Source: Octopus sinensis (Eukaryota). Taken from it: a stretch of 64,000 nucleotides of DNA. The stretch covers positions 744,001 to 808,000 of the forward strand of contig NC_043006.1 in the NCBI RefSeq assembly GCF_006345805.1. The letters are read 5' to 3'. The first letter of the stretch is position 1. Each line of letters opens with the position of its first letter. A model generated the notes under the pieces. That model saw only the letters and a program-made list of their open reading frames with translations, searched no databases and had not been told where the DNA came from. Positions 37,318 to 49,731 of this stretch are shown piece by piece. The position numbers were made by a program, and so were the translations under genes.

Positions 37318-37979
37318 ACATTTCTCTTTCCCTGTCTTGAATGCCTGTCGTTATTCTCTTTCTGTAATATCTAGAATGTCATATGTTTTCTCAGGGTCAA
37401 CAAACTCGATTCTACCGTTTAAATGCCACACGACTTCTCTATTGTTCTGTTTTTATTATAATATGTAAAAAGGTAGGTCACGTGTTAAGTAGTTCTTTTG
37501 TTGGTCGATTTCCTTCAAAGAATGAGATGACAGAAGGAGAAAGCAGTAGCTGTGCTGAGACAGATGAGAGAGAGAGAGAGAGTCAGAGAAATAGAGAGAC
37601 TATGATAAAAGAGAGATAGAGGGGTAATGAATTGAGAGTGGTAGAAAAGAGAGAGAAGGAGAGAGGGACAGAGAGAGGTAGAGAAAAGAAAAGAGAGAGA
37701 TAAAAAATCCTGTTTGATATCAGTGTGTATATGTTCGTGGAAATGTGCGTGCATGTACACATGCTTATGTGTGCGCGTGTATGTGTAACGTATCAGGAAA
37801 TTTAGAGGTGGAGACAAAATTTATTTGAGAGAAAGAATTGATTCATACATACGTACATACATGCATACTTACACACACACACACACACACACAAACATAC
37901 ACGCATATATTTTTTTACATGTATATTCACAAGTATATCTATGTATGCCTCTATATGTATGTTTGTGTGTGTGTATATG

Positions 37980-38068
<89 letters not shown>

Positions 38069-38072
<4 letters not shown>

Positions 38073-39064
38073 GACCTTCCAAAATTATAAAAATTGATAA
38101 ATAGTATTCATGTCTCAATCCAATTCACCATGGAATTGAATGAAAAGGAACTCCCCTTTCTGGACATCCTCATAATTAAAGAAAATGAGACAGTTACAGC
38201 TGACCTCTTCTACAAGGACACACGCCAATATTCAGATTTGAGATCTTGCCATCCTTCCCATACAAAAAGGCGCATACCATTTAATATGGCAAGGCAGATA
38301 TGCTCAACAGTCACAGATATTGTTAGACGAGGGAAATGACTGGCAAAACATAATATATTCCTTCAAAAACAAAAATATCCCGACAAGTGAATTCAGCAAA
38401 GAAAATCCCGATCTCTACCTTACGGAGAAACACTCAGGCTAGGTGTGAAAATAAAAATACAAATAAAAATATTCCGTTTGTAGTTACCCACAATCCTAAA
38501 AAGCACAATATCCTGCACTCAGCCAAAAGATACCACCCAATTGTACATCAATCACCAAATCTCCAACGAATAATAAAAAAAATTACAAATTATCAACAGT
38601 TGGAGACAATCACCTATCCTTAAGAGACTCCTAACAAAGGCGAGATTCACATTTGAAATAGAAACGATGCAAGTAACCAACTGTGGAGACTCCGTTGAGG
38701 GACATGGGAATTAAGTGAGCAAGGGACAACCAAAAGGGTCAAGGATGGGAAGGAATTAAAAGTGAATGCGAACATGAAATGCAAAACAAAAATCCTCATC
38801 TACTGCATCACATGTCCACAATACAACAAAAACTACATTGGGGAGACAGGGAGGGAACTGAGCAGTCGTGTAAATGTGCATAAACAACAAATTGGGGATT
38901 CATCCCTTAGGAATGTCCCATGCAGTGAACATCTAGATATCTATGCAAATGGCAAATTTAAAATATTCCCATTTTGAAAAATAAACGATGAAAATGTACA
39001 ACTACGAAAGACAAAAGGAGAATACTTTATAAGAATTCTAAATCCGAAATTAAATCGAGAATAG
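38069..39064 (+). mobile_element. 5'-truncated Penelope-like element (RT thumb plus GIY-YIG endonuclease; Neptune-like Cys linker), pseudogenised
   Basis: IQFTME...LPFLDILI, SCHPSHTKRRIPF, CKTKILIYCITCPQYNKNYIGETGR...HKQQI, FIRILNPKLNRE*. Several stops and frameshifts; begins directly at a (TA)n tract. Confidence 0.9.
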
Positions 39065-39682
39065 CCAACGCTCCATATAGTAAACAACGGTTAAAGAATA
39101 TTTATGGCCAAAACCGAAAGTCCGAAAATAAACCGGGAATAATACTACCACTAAACCAAAAACAACAACTTCTTCTTTAAGAGCACGTGTATTTGAAAAA
39201 GGTTTAACGAAAGCGCTCACACACTAGAAAGAACTTCCCAGAAAAGGTTAGTAACATCCTTTTAAAAGATTTCATAACATTTTTTGAAAATAATTTCACC
39301 TCAAATACCAGCATAATATAACCAACCTATAAGGAAAGATGTAGTGGTTGAAAGCACGACACAAATAAAGTCCTTGGCGATATTTGTTTTGCATCAAGTA
39401 ATAAACAGTCCCTTATCAGTTCTGCCGTCCAAACGGCAACGAACCATTAATCGGGCCATTGGAAACCAGTAACTAACTGTGCCATTGTTTTGACAAGTTA
39501 TATTATAAAAGCGAAATACATATTACAAACCATCGAAATCAGCATTTCTCAACCATTTTCTCCATATGGATCCCTTTGATTCTTGTTTTATTCTCCTGGA
39601 TCCTCATAACTATTTGATGTTTAAAATATCTTACTATATATTTAAAATTAAATATTAAAAATTTAAATATTTTATGTATTGG

Positions 39683-40007
39683 GGCGCAGGAGTGGCTGTG
39701 TGGTAAGTAGCTTGCTTACGAACCACATGGTTCCGGGTCCAGTCCCACTGCGTGGCACCTTCGGCAAGTGTTTTCTACTATAGCCTTGTGCTGACCAAAG
39801 CCTTGTGGGTGGAGTTGGTAGACGGAAACTGAAAGAAGTCGTTGTATATATGTATGTATGGTGGTGTGTTTACGTCCCTGTAAGTTAGCGGTTCGACAAA
39901 AAGGGATCTATGGCATAAGTTCCGGGCTATTCAAAAGTTAGTAAGTTAGTACTGGGGTCGATTTATTCCGCTAAATCTTTCGAAGCGGTACCCAACGACT
40001 GAAGCAA
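39683..40007 (+). mobile_element. SINE family B
   Basis: ggcgcaggagtggctgtgtggtaagtagcttgc...gtagacggaaactgaaagaag...actggggtcgattta. Confidence 0.9.
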
Positions 40008-40749
40008 ATATGCATGTATGTATGTATGTATGTATGTATGTATGTATGTATGTATGTATGTATGTATGTATGTATGTATGTATCTATCTATATTATGCAC
40101 ATACATATATACATATATATGAGTGCATATATACATATATATATATATATTTGCACACACACACGTTCACTTATATGACTATTGTGTGTGTGTGTGTGTG
40201 TGTGTTTTGTGTGTGTGTGTGTGTGTGTGAGTGAGTGATAGAGAGAGAGAGAGGGAGAGAGAGAGAGAGAATGTATGAAACCTGTACTGACAACGTCATC
40301 TCTAAAACCGAAATATTTAGCAATGTCGTCGTGCAGACACTAAGTACACAACCCAGCGAAAAGGCCAACCACCGCTCCATATACTGTATCAAAGAGGCAC
40401 TCCGTTCCGAAGAACGCTTTCCTATTCTTCCTTTCTGTTACAAAATACCACTTTCTTTTTATACCTCTTCATTTTTTTTACCTCTCTTAGCTTTCTGCAT
40501 ATAATGTCACATTTGACCATATCACATTTGACCATACCATGAGCTGCTATACCACTATTCCCATACGGACCGCTGGCTTTAATATGAACTCAATAAATAC
40601 CGAGATATTTACTGACTCGTGGGTTTATATACACACTAATGCAAGTATGGTCATTGTATACATGGATAATCCACCTCCTATAATGTTTATGCAATTTTAA
40701 TCTTAACTCTTTCTATTCATCTTAATTCTTTTCATATTATACTATATGT

Positions 40750-41059
40750 GGAGGCGCAATGGCTCAGTGGTTAGGGCAGTGGACTCGCGGTCGAAGGATC
40801 GCGGTTTCGATTCCCAGACCGAGCGTTGTGTGTGTATTTATTGACCGAAAACACCTAAAAGCTCCACGAGGCTCCGGCAGGGTGTGGTGGCGATCCCAGT
40901 TGTACTCCTTCGCCACAACTTTCTCTCACTCTCTCTTCCTGTTTCTTGAGTAATGCTGCGATGGACTGGCGTCCCGTCCAGCTGGGGGAAACACATACGC
41001 CACGGAAACCGGCAAACCGGGCCCATGAGCCTGGCTGGGCTTGTAAAGGGCGACGTTTA
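40750..41059 (+). mobile_element. tRNA-derived SINE (family C here)
   Basis: gaggcgcaatggctcagtggttagggc (A box), ggtttcgattccc (B box), then gcgatggactggcgtcccgtccag and an A/T-rich tail. Confidence 0.8.
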
Positions 41060-41349
41060 TCGTTTTTTATTATACTATATACTAAACAAGAGAGAATTTA
41101 ACCAAGTAAAAGCATCAGACATATGAGTCCAACGTCACACATTTCGTCTCTTCTGTCATGCAATCAGCATAATCTCAATTTCATTCTTTCTTTCTGATCA
41201 CTCTGGATTACATTGGCAGCCATTTATGTTTTGAATTAAATTCGAAGAGTGGTTAAAGATAGGTTTCTAATAAGGTTACGACTCAAAGTGGATCTTCCTA
41301 CTTCATACACGAAGCAAATAGTAATCTGCAAATCCGTAGTTATGTGATA

Positions 41350-41747
41350 TCTTTATATATAAAAGTGAAGTTCTGTGTCTGTCTCCTACGATTTAGATTC
41401 CTAACTACTCCCACATTTTGCGGTGCAGTTTAACCAAAACCGGGTATCTTATAGTCGTGATTCATACCGAGCCCTTCTGGGTATTAGTGCGCGTCTACGA
41501 TGAGTCTACGATTTAAAAAAAAATTTACCATCATTTTTTTCCATTTTAATGCATTTTTTCGCTATTATATAAGGGAAGTAACTCTCTAAAAATGTCTACG
41601 ATGAGTCAACGATTTAAAAAAAAATTTACCATGATTTCTTTTCCATTTTTAATGCATTTTTTTGCTAAGTTTTGGCTATAACTCTCTAAAAATGCTTATA
41701 TAGTTATTTCCCTTACAAACCCGAGCAACGCCGGGCGATACTGCTAG
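41350..41747 (+). mobile_element. Complete non-autonomous Helitron with an internal ~100-bp tandem duplication
   Basis: Inserted A|TC...CTAG|T with subterminal hairpin cccgagcaacgccggg (41720-41735). gtctacgatgagtc..cgattt...taactctctaaaaatg is duplicated at ~41493-41694. Confidence 0.9.
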
Positions 41748-42820
41748 TTTAGTATAAATTATCAGTTTGTTTTTCCATGGGGATTGCTTTTTCACATCAC
41801 TTGCTGAATTATATAGCGCAAAACACTTATACGTAAACACATACAGTTATAATACTTATGTTTTATATTACATATGTTTAATCATTAGAATAGGAAATCT
41901 ACCCTTCAAAAAAACATTAATTTTTGCAAAATCAAGCTTGTATATAAGACTATTCATTATATTCTCAAATTTTTCTTACAAATTTTAATTTGTTCCCGCT
42001 ATTCATGTTATCTTCAAAGAATATAAAAGAAGTTTATTTAAAAGACCCGTTATGTATACATACATACATAGATGTGTGTATGTGTTTATGGTTCGGCAAA
42101 ACAGACCGATAGAATAAGTACTAGGTTTACACAGAATAAGTCTTGGGGTTGATATGTTCGACTAAAAAGGCGGTGCTCCAGCATGGCTGCAATCAAATGA
42201 CTGAAACAAGTAAAATAATAAAAGAATATATATATTCATATATTCATATATGCATTGCATATATATTCACACACACACTCACACAAGCACACACATACAC
42301 ACACACACGCAGAAATATATATAGCTATCAAGTACATCACGAGTATTTTAAATGGATAGTTTTGTCAATATCTAAAGGTACTACGAATACAAATTTCAAA
42401 TTTATAAGTATATAAAGCATAACTTATGTATATATATATGTGTGTGTGTGTGTGTGTATGTGTGTGTATGCGTGCGTGTGTTTGTGTGTGTGTGTGTGTA
42501 CATACATGCATACACACACACATATACCGCATATCGTATTTGTTTCTCAAGATTGTTGATGTATAACAATGTTCAGAAGTTGGCACTGTACTTTCAGAAG
42601 AAGGCCTGATGCCAAGAAAAACACGCTTTCTGCTTCCTGCTCACGTCTTAATTAATTGAATATCATTTCATAATCTGTCGCTACCATTCTTTGACCATTT
42701 CGAGCATTACCAAAAGCAGAGAACTAAATGAAAACGCAACTCGGGTATGGAGAAAAACTTTGAAATAAGAATTCGATTATTTAATTAAAAACGTCAACCA
42801 TAATCAGCGCGTGTTTTTTT

Positions 42821-43237
42821 GGCAAGCAGGAGTGGCTGTTTGGTAAGTAGCTTGCTTACCAACCACATGGTTCCGGGTTCATTTACACTGCGTGGCACCT
42901 TGGGCAAGTGCCTTCTACTATAGCCTCAGGCCGACCAAAGTCTTGTGAGTGGATTTGGTAGACGGAAGCTGAAAGAAGCCCGTCGTATATATGTATATAT
43001 GTAAGTATGCGTGTGTATATGTTTGTGTGGCTGTCTTTGTCCCCACAATATCACGCAACAACTGATGCTGGTGTGTTTACGTCCCCTTAACCTAGCGGTT
43101 CAGCAAAAGAGACCGATAGAATAAGTACTAGGCTTCCAAAGATTAAGTCCTGGGGTCAATTTGCTCGACTAAAGGCGGTGCTCCAGCATGGCCGCAGTCA
43201 AATGACTGAGAAAACTGAGACCAGTAAAAGAGTAAAG
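42821..43237 (+). mobile_element. Full-length SINE family B
   Basis: tRNA-like head, CORE-like accttgggcaagt, internal (TA/TG) tract, tail aaggcggtgctccagcatggccgcagtcaaatgactga. Further copies at ~42040-42215 (3' part) and ~43634-44050. Confidence 0.9.
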
Positions 43238-43254
43238 GGCATATATTATATATA

Positions 43255-43287
<33 letters not shown>

Positions 43288-43365
43288 GAATTAGTTGAAA
43301 TTTGATTTAGTATTACTAAATTGAATTTTTCCCAGTAAGTTTGGAATCATATTCCCTTTATTATC

Positions 43366-43411
<46 letters not shown>

Positions 43412-43463
43412 AATATAGACAAACGAAAGAAGGGCACACAACACATTTATTGGGAGTTACATA

Positions 43464-43597
43464 TATGGATCGAAAGTTTTGATTGAAACTCCTTGGTACT
43501 CTGAGTTTCAAGCGCGTCGCTAGTCTTCGTCCTCAATTACCGAAAACTAACAACATCAGAGTACCAAGCAGTTTGATTGGAACTTTTTTGATCCATA
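43464..43597. repeat. Imperfect ~41-bp inverted repeat (fold-back)
   Basis: tatggatcgaaagttttgattgaaactccttggtactctga (43464-43504) versus the reverse complement of 43556-43597, tatggatcaaaaaagttccaatcaaactgcttggtactctga. Confidence 0.85.
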
Positions 43598-43816
43598 CAC
43601 ACACACAAAATCACTCACACACAAGCCCACAGAGGCGTAGGCGTAGCTGTGTGGTAAGAAGCATGATTCTTCTCAGCCGCATGGTTCCAGTTTTAGTCCT
43701 ACTACGTGACAGCGCCTTGGACAAGTGTTTTCTACTATGGCGTCGGGATGACCAGAGCCTTGTGAGTGGATTAGGTAGTCGAAAATGGAAAGGCGACCTC
43801 ACTATGTATGTATATA

Positions 43817-43864
<48 letters not shown>

Positions 43865-44236
43865 TATTAATGTGTGTGTGTTTGTGTGTGTGTCTTTGTG
43901 TCTATGTTCGTTCCTCCATCACCGCTTACACCAATGCTCGTGTATTTACGCCATGTATCGTAAGGTCGGCAAAAGATCCGATACTAAGTGCCGGGTTTTA
44001 CAAAATAGTCCTTTGATCGATAAATCGACTAAAAGTTCTTCAGGGCGGTGAAAAAAAGAACAAGATAAACGATATATATTGAGCAACACGAAAGGATCCC
44101 TAGGACCAGTGAACAACTGTCTAAGGATTATGAACGACCACTGAATTACCTGTTAATATATATGCTGAGATCTACCTGATCCTCTGTTTACACCCACCAC
44201 AAACAAGGCACCCACACACTCATAGACACACTCATG

Positions 44237-44280
<44 letters not shown>

Positions 44281-44543
44281 TATATTATAATATATATATA
44301 ATATATTTATACGTATTTGCATTATTACATACGTACATATGTACTTAAATACATACCCACATACTTACATGTATACATGTTATCTACATACATGTGTACA
44401 AAGATATCTGTTCAAACATTCATGCACATAGATTGATAGATAGATCGATAGATAATCAGACACAAAGGGAGAGGGGGGAAGAGAGAGAGCAAGACGGAGA
44501 CAGAAACAGAAAGAGATGGAGAATACTAGACTGCTCGACAAAC

Positions 44544-44582
<39 letters not shown>

Positions 44583-45060
44583 TAGGTAAAAAAGAGATAT
44601 TAATGGAAAGCTGGGTAATTGGGTCGGAAAGTGGAGTCAGAGAGTATGAGTGAGAGAGAGAAACAGGGAGAAACAAATGATATTGTATGAGAAAGATCGA
44701 TTATTATTGAATATCAGATACACTCGTGATATTTGCATTATCCAACAGTATATCAGCTTTATGCAGTATATTAGTGTAATGCACATAGATATGTATGTAT
44801 GTATGTATGTATGTATACACACATGTGTAGAATTAGTACATATTTATGAACGTAGGTGTCCATTTGTGTCTATGTCTGTGCAGACATTTTATATATTAGA
44901 TATATATATATATATATATATATATTAATATATATATATATATATAGATATATATATATATATATATATATGTATATGTAGATACATACACACTTATACG
45001 TACATATATAGATATATACATACATATATATATATGCATATATATATATATGTATATATA

Positions 45061-45173
<113 letters not shown>

Positions 45174-45260
45174 CATATATATATATATATTATATGTATG
45201 TATGTATATATATTAAAAAATTAATACGGAAGTCGAGGTGTAACTAGAAGCATTTATTTG

Positions 45261-45362
45261 CACAACGATCGTTTCGTTTTTATTCTGCACTGCTCCCTGA
45301 TGGCGTGTAACGATGTAATAACACCAGGTGCAACGCACAGTGCATGAGAGCCTCGTCAGGTG
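45261..45362 (-). ncRNA. Type I hammerhead-like motif with long loop II, partly decayed
   Basis: Minus strand: CAC-CTGACGA-G...AATAAAAAC-GAA-ACGATCGT-T-GTG. Core canonical, stem III palindromic, stem II weak. Confidence 0.6.
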
Positions 45363-45445
45363 ACGTAAGATGCTTCAGAAGTTCTCAGATTTACATTTCA
45401 TTTTCGCTTCAAGTTATATGCTGATGGTGATATATATATACATAT

Positions 45446-45523
<78 letters not shown>

Positions 45524-45592
45524 CTGAAAACAGAGCAATATTGTTTCTGCATATATATATATATATCGGTTGTTGCGTGATATATATATGTA

Positions 45593-45630
45593 TCTTTCTG
45601 TTGAAGAGCGTAGGCTCGAAACGTTAAAGA
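45593..45630 (+). ncRNA. Minimal type I hammerhead variant (CUGUUGA core)
   Basis: TCTTT-CTGTTGA-A-GAGC gtag GCTC-GAA-ACGT-T-AAAGA. All stems pair; element spans ~45567-45729 between (TA)n tracts. Confidence 0.75.
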
Positions 45631-45755
45631 CTTGTTTTATTTATATTTCCTGAGCGCCATACTAATACAATTGTTCGTTTGTTTTCCACCTGCCTTCGTC
45701 TTTTGTTTATTTTCATAAAGCTTCCCGTTATATATATATATATATATATATATAT

Positions 45756-47524
45756 GCAGAAACAATATTGCTCTGCTTTCAGCAATCCTGATATGACTGA
45801 TCTGGGCTGTATCAGTGATGTTACTCCCCAATACACTTTATCAGACATAACATTTGGCGCTCCTGATGTCTTAGCAGCAATAAAGTAAATGAAGCATAAT
45901 TCAGCAGTAGGTCCCGATAGGTTCCCTGCTTGTGTCTTGAAGATGTGTCAAAACCAACTTGCACCCCCTCTAGCCAATCTGTGGCGGAACTCACTGGATG
46001 CTGAATATATACCAGAAGACCTTCTATCCCAGTCTGTTGTCCCAGTTTTCAAAAAAGGAAACAAATCGCTTGCCGTGAATTACCGTCCAATCTCACTCAC
46101 CTCTCATATCATCAAGGTATTTGAGAGGGTGCTGAGATCGCGTATGACTCACTTCCTTGAGAGTCATAATATGCTGAACCCCAACCAGCATGGATTCCGT
46201 AATGGGAGAGATTGTCTGACGCAGCTACTGCATCATTTTGATGACATTTTGAGAGCCTTGGGAGAAGGTTCCAACACTGATGTCATCTACCTTGATTTCA
46301 GCAAGGCCTTTGACAGGGTTGATCATAAGATCCTTCTGAGAAAGCTGTCCAATATTGGTGTCACTGGAAAGCTGCTGCAGTGGATCAAGTGCTTCCTGTC
46401 TAACAGAACCCAACATGTTGTAGTCGAAGGAGTCAAATCCAGCCCAGCCAAAGTCAGCAGTGGTGTCCCACAAGGCACTGTGTGGGCCCACTTCTCTTCA
46501 TCATCTACATAAATGATATTACTGACACCATCAAACACAGTAACATCAGAACCTTCGCTGATGATTCCAAGCTCCAGAAGGTCATCAATGGCGTAGATGA
46601 CCGAATAACCTTCAGTCAGACCTACTGGCTGTTGTCCAATGGGCGGAAAAGAATAACATGTTGCTAAATGAAGACAAATTCGAACTGATCCACTTTGGAA
46701 GGGAGGACGCTCTGAAACTCCCATACTCTCTTCCTTCTGGAGAAATTCTCATGGCATCCAACAACATCAGAGACTTGGGAGTAACAGTGGACAACAACAT
46801 AAGCTGGACTACACATATAAGCAGCAAAGTTGACACGGCCCGCAGAATGTGTTCCTGTATTCTCAGAACCTTCCAGTCGAGAGATTCCCACGCTATTATC
46901 CTTTTCTTCTCCACTTTTGCCCGACCCCACCTTGAATACTGCTGTCCACTGTGGTCTCCCTACACAAAACAAAATATTATGAGAATTGAAGCTCCCCAAA
47001 GGTCAATCACAAAAAAGATAGATGGCATGTCAGACCTTGACTACTGGGGTAGACTAGAGAAGCTGAAATTGTATTTACTCCAACGACGCCGTGAACGCTA
47101 CATTATCTGTATGATGTGGAAAATATTCCATCAGCACTGTCCGAATGATGTTGGCATCACCTTCAAAATGCATCCAAGGCTTGGACCACGTGCCATCCGT
47201 CCACAACAAAAATTTAAATCGCATCACATAACGACAATACGGCACAATTATTTCACCTCAATTGGACCCGCTCTCTTCAACATTACACCAGGACACGCCA
47301 AAAAAGAAACTGACCACACAAAATTCAAGAAGTCTTTGGACAAATTCCTTCAAACAGTACTGGACAAACCACCCACACCCGGATATGTCTCCGCAAACAA
47401 TAACTCTCTGCTCGAATGGGCCTTGGTGCCCAAATCCTGAACTGAAAGACTTCGCCAGGTGGTGCTATTAAGTTAGACATGGCCTGGGCCAATACTGGCC
47501 AAAATCTTTCTAAGTTATTCTAAG

Positions 47525-47530
<6 letters not shown>
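45756..47530 (+). mobile_element. 5'-truncated CR1-group LINE (RT plus C-terminal region plus 3' UTR)
   Basis: GPDRFP, NYRPISLTS..KVFER, NQHGFR, YLDFSKAFD, SGVPQGTV, FADD, NIRDLGV, RPHLEYC..WSP, LQRRRERY, LDKFL. Stop at 45886-45888 and frameshifts near 46490 and 46610; tail (tctaagttat)x2 then (TA)n. Confidence 0.95.
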
Positions 47531-47567
<37 letters not shown>

Positions 47568-47806
47568 TTATAGTTAGTTATAGGATTCATTAGACTCTAG
47601 GTGCATCAGCACGTAGGGCGTCAGATCTGGCTAGGTACCATAACATAGAGTTCACGGTGAGGTAGAGCAACCATGAGGTATCATGTTTGGAATGTACATT
47701 TAGTTATGTTTATATGTAAGAACCAAGTCCAATTTAAACCGTAGATCCGTCTCAGGGCGGGTTCTGAGTGCGGCCTGGGTACAAAAAACTCAAATGGGAT
47801 TCAAAA

Positions 47807-47887
47807 TTTACTACAGCTGTTTCGAGTGAATTTTATTGATGCATTCGTAAATGACACCATAGCATAAATCCACCATCTTTCGATAAA
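47807..47887 (-). ncRNA. Decayed copy of the 36703 hammerhead family
   Basis: Minus strand: tttat-CGAAAGA-T-GGTGG...aataaaattcactc-GAA-ACAGCTGT-A-gtaaa. The element continues to the (TA)n at ~47565. Confidence 0.65.
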
Positions 47888-47984
47888 TATTTTCAATACT
47901 TATTCAATACTTTGTTTTTTGGATATGTTATCTCATCAAGGCTTTACTTTGGCTTTGCTTTGCATGTTTATACTAGTTAAAAAG

Positions 47985-48061
47985 ATTTTTTGAAGATGGT
48001 AGATTTTTGCTATGATGTAACCTAATACATAAATAAAATTTACCGAAACGGCTGTAGAAAG
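47985..48061 (+). ncRNA. Near-intact copy of the 36703 hammerhead family
   Basis: tttt-TTGAAGA-T-GGTA...aataaaatt-TACC-GAA-ACGGCTGT-A-gaaa. Only C3 of the core is altered. Confidence 0.7.
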
Positions 48062-49150
48062 TTTTAAATTTCCATTTGTATTCATCCCCTCCCCCACACA
48101 TACACACACAAGCACGCACGTACACACATACTCACACATACAAAGATATGGATTATATAAATGTGTGCCCGCTTGCCTAGAAAGTTGCCTTTCTCTTTTA
48201 CTTGTTTCAGTCATTAGAAATCGGTCATGCTGGAGCACCGCATTGAAAAATTTTTTAATCGAATGAATTGACCCCAGTAATCATTTAAAATCTCGTACTT
48301 ATCCTCTTTTGGCCAACCGCTAAGTTATTGGACGCAAGCACACCAACATTAGCTGTCAAGTGGTGGGGGGGGGACAAACACAGACAAAAAGACACACACA
48401 AACACACACACACACATACACACACATACACACACATACACGCACACACACATATACATACATACATACATACAACCGTCTTCATTCAGTTCCGTCTACC
48501 AAATCAATTGCATACATACATATATACATACATACATATATACATACATACATACGTAGACATACACATGTATATGAATGCATAATATCTAAGAATATAT
48601 GTCTATGAATATACGTTTATAAGTAATAAAGCTATGCTCCATTTAATGTCTTTCATTGATTACACAATAAACTAAATGGTTTCTAGTGAGCATCGTAGAT
48701 GATTATTCCAGCTGTTTGATCAACTAAACTTTCTGCTCATTGAATTACAATGTAAGTGGCTGAATATCCTACAGACACATGTAACAAAATCAAAATGAGA
48801 CAGTGAATGTGGACACATTGCTCCGTATAGTCTCCTCCAAAATTTCTCTCTATTCAATATCGCTTGTAAAAGAGTACGTCAATACAGGCTCATGAAAAAG
48901 GCGCTTTATTAAGATGTCACGCTGTGAGATCGACCCCAGGACCTCATGACTGAGAATTAAATTCTTAACCACCAGGTCTTCATTACACAACACATATATA
49001 TGCACACACACACACACACACCACACACACACACACAAACACAAACACATATATACATATATATATATACACTCTTACGCATGTTTATAATTTCTCTATG
49101 TATCTATGTGCTTATACATGTACACGGAGCGATAAAGTCATATGTTAAAT

Positions 49151-49183
<33 letters not shown>

Positions 49184-49216
49184 GAGTGTATATAATGTGT
49201 GTGAGTGTTATATATA

Positions 49217-49260
<44 letters not shown>

Positions 49261-49696
49261 CTGGCTTCCCGTCGGTTGATGAGTGTTTCAGTTGATCAAA
49301 TCAACGGAGCAGCCTGCTCGTGAAAATGGCTGACCACTCCAGAGACAAGGCTAGCCTTTTGGATAACAGGTAGAATTCATTTTTGCTTGGTAAGTGGACT
49401 GGAGCAACGTGAAATGAAGTGTATTGCTCAAGGAGACAACGCACCACCAGGTATCGAACCCATGACCTTACAACCTTACTCTAACCCTAACCACTAAGCC
49501 ACGTGCCTTCTTTCTCTCACTCTTACACATACACACTCACACGCGAACGCACACATTCGCACTTATACACACGGACATACATGGGTGTATATACATATAT
49601 GTATAATTTTAATCCAAACGGGAAACAAAAAAACAACAACAATGGAACAATTACAGTATTATTATTAATAGGCGCTCAGGAAAAGGAAGCAGGGAG

Positions 49697-49731
49697 GTAT
49701 GACGTTTCGAGCGGAGCTCTTCGTCGGAAAC
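49697..49731 (-). ncRNA. Minimal hammerhead variant (CCGACGA core) in the same element family as 10070-10104
   Basis: Minus strand: ttt-CCGACGA-A-GAGC tcc GCTC-GAA-ACGT-C-atacc. Element spans ~49610-49775 and is bounded by (TA)-rich tracts. Confidence 0.65.

Noticed and set aside
40290-40420. Possible GIY-YIG C-terminal remnant (EKANHRSIYCIKEAL)
   Set aside because: Similarity too short and no accompanying ribozyme or RT sequence.
42594-42630. CAGAAGA-A-GGC ctgat GCC hammerhead candidate
   Set aside because: Core altered, GAAAC disrupted and no cleavage triplet.
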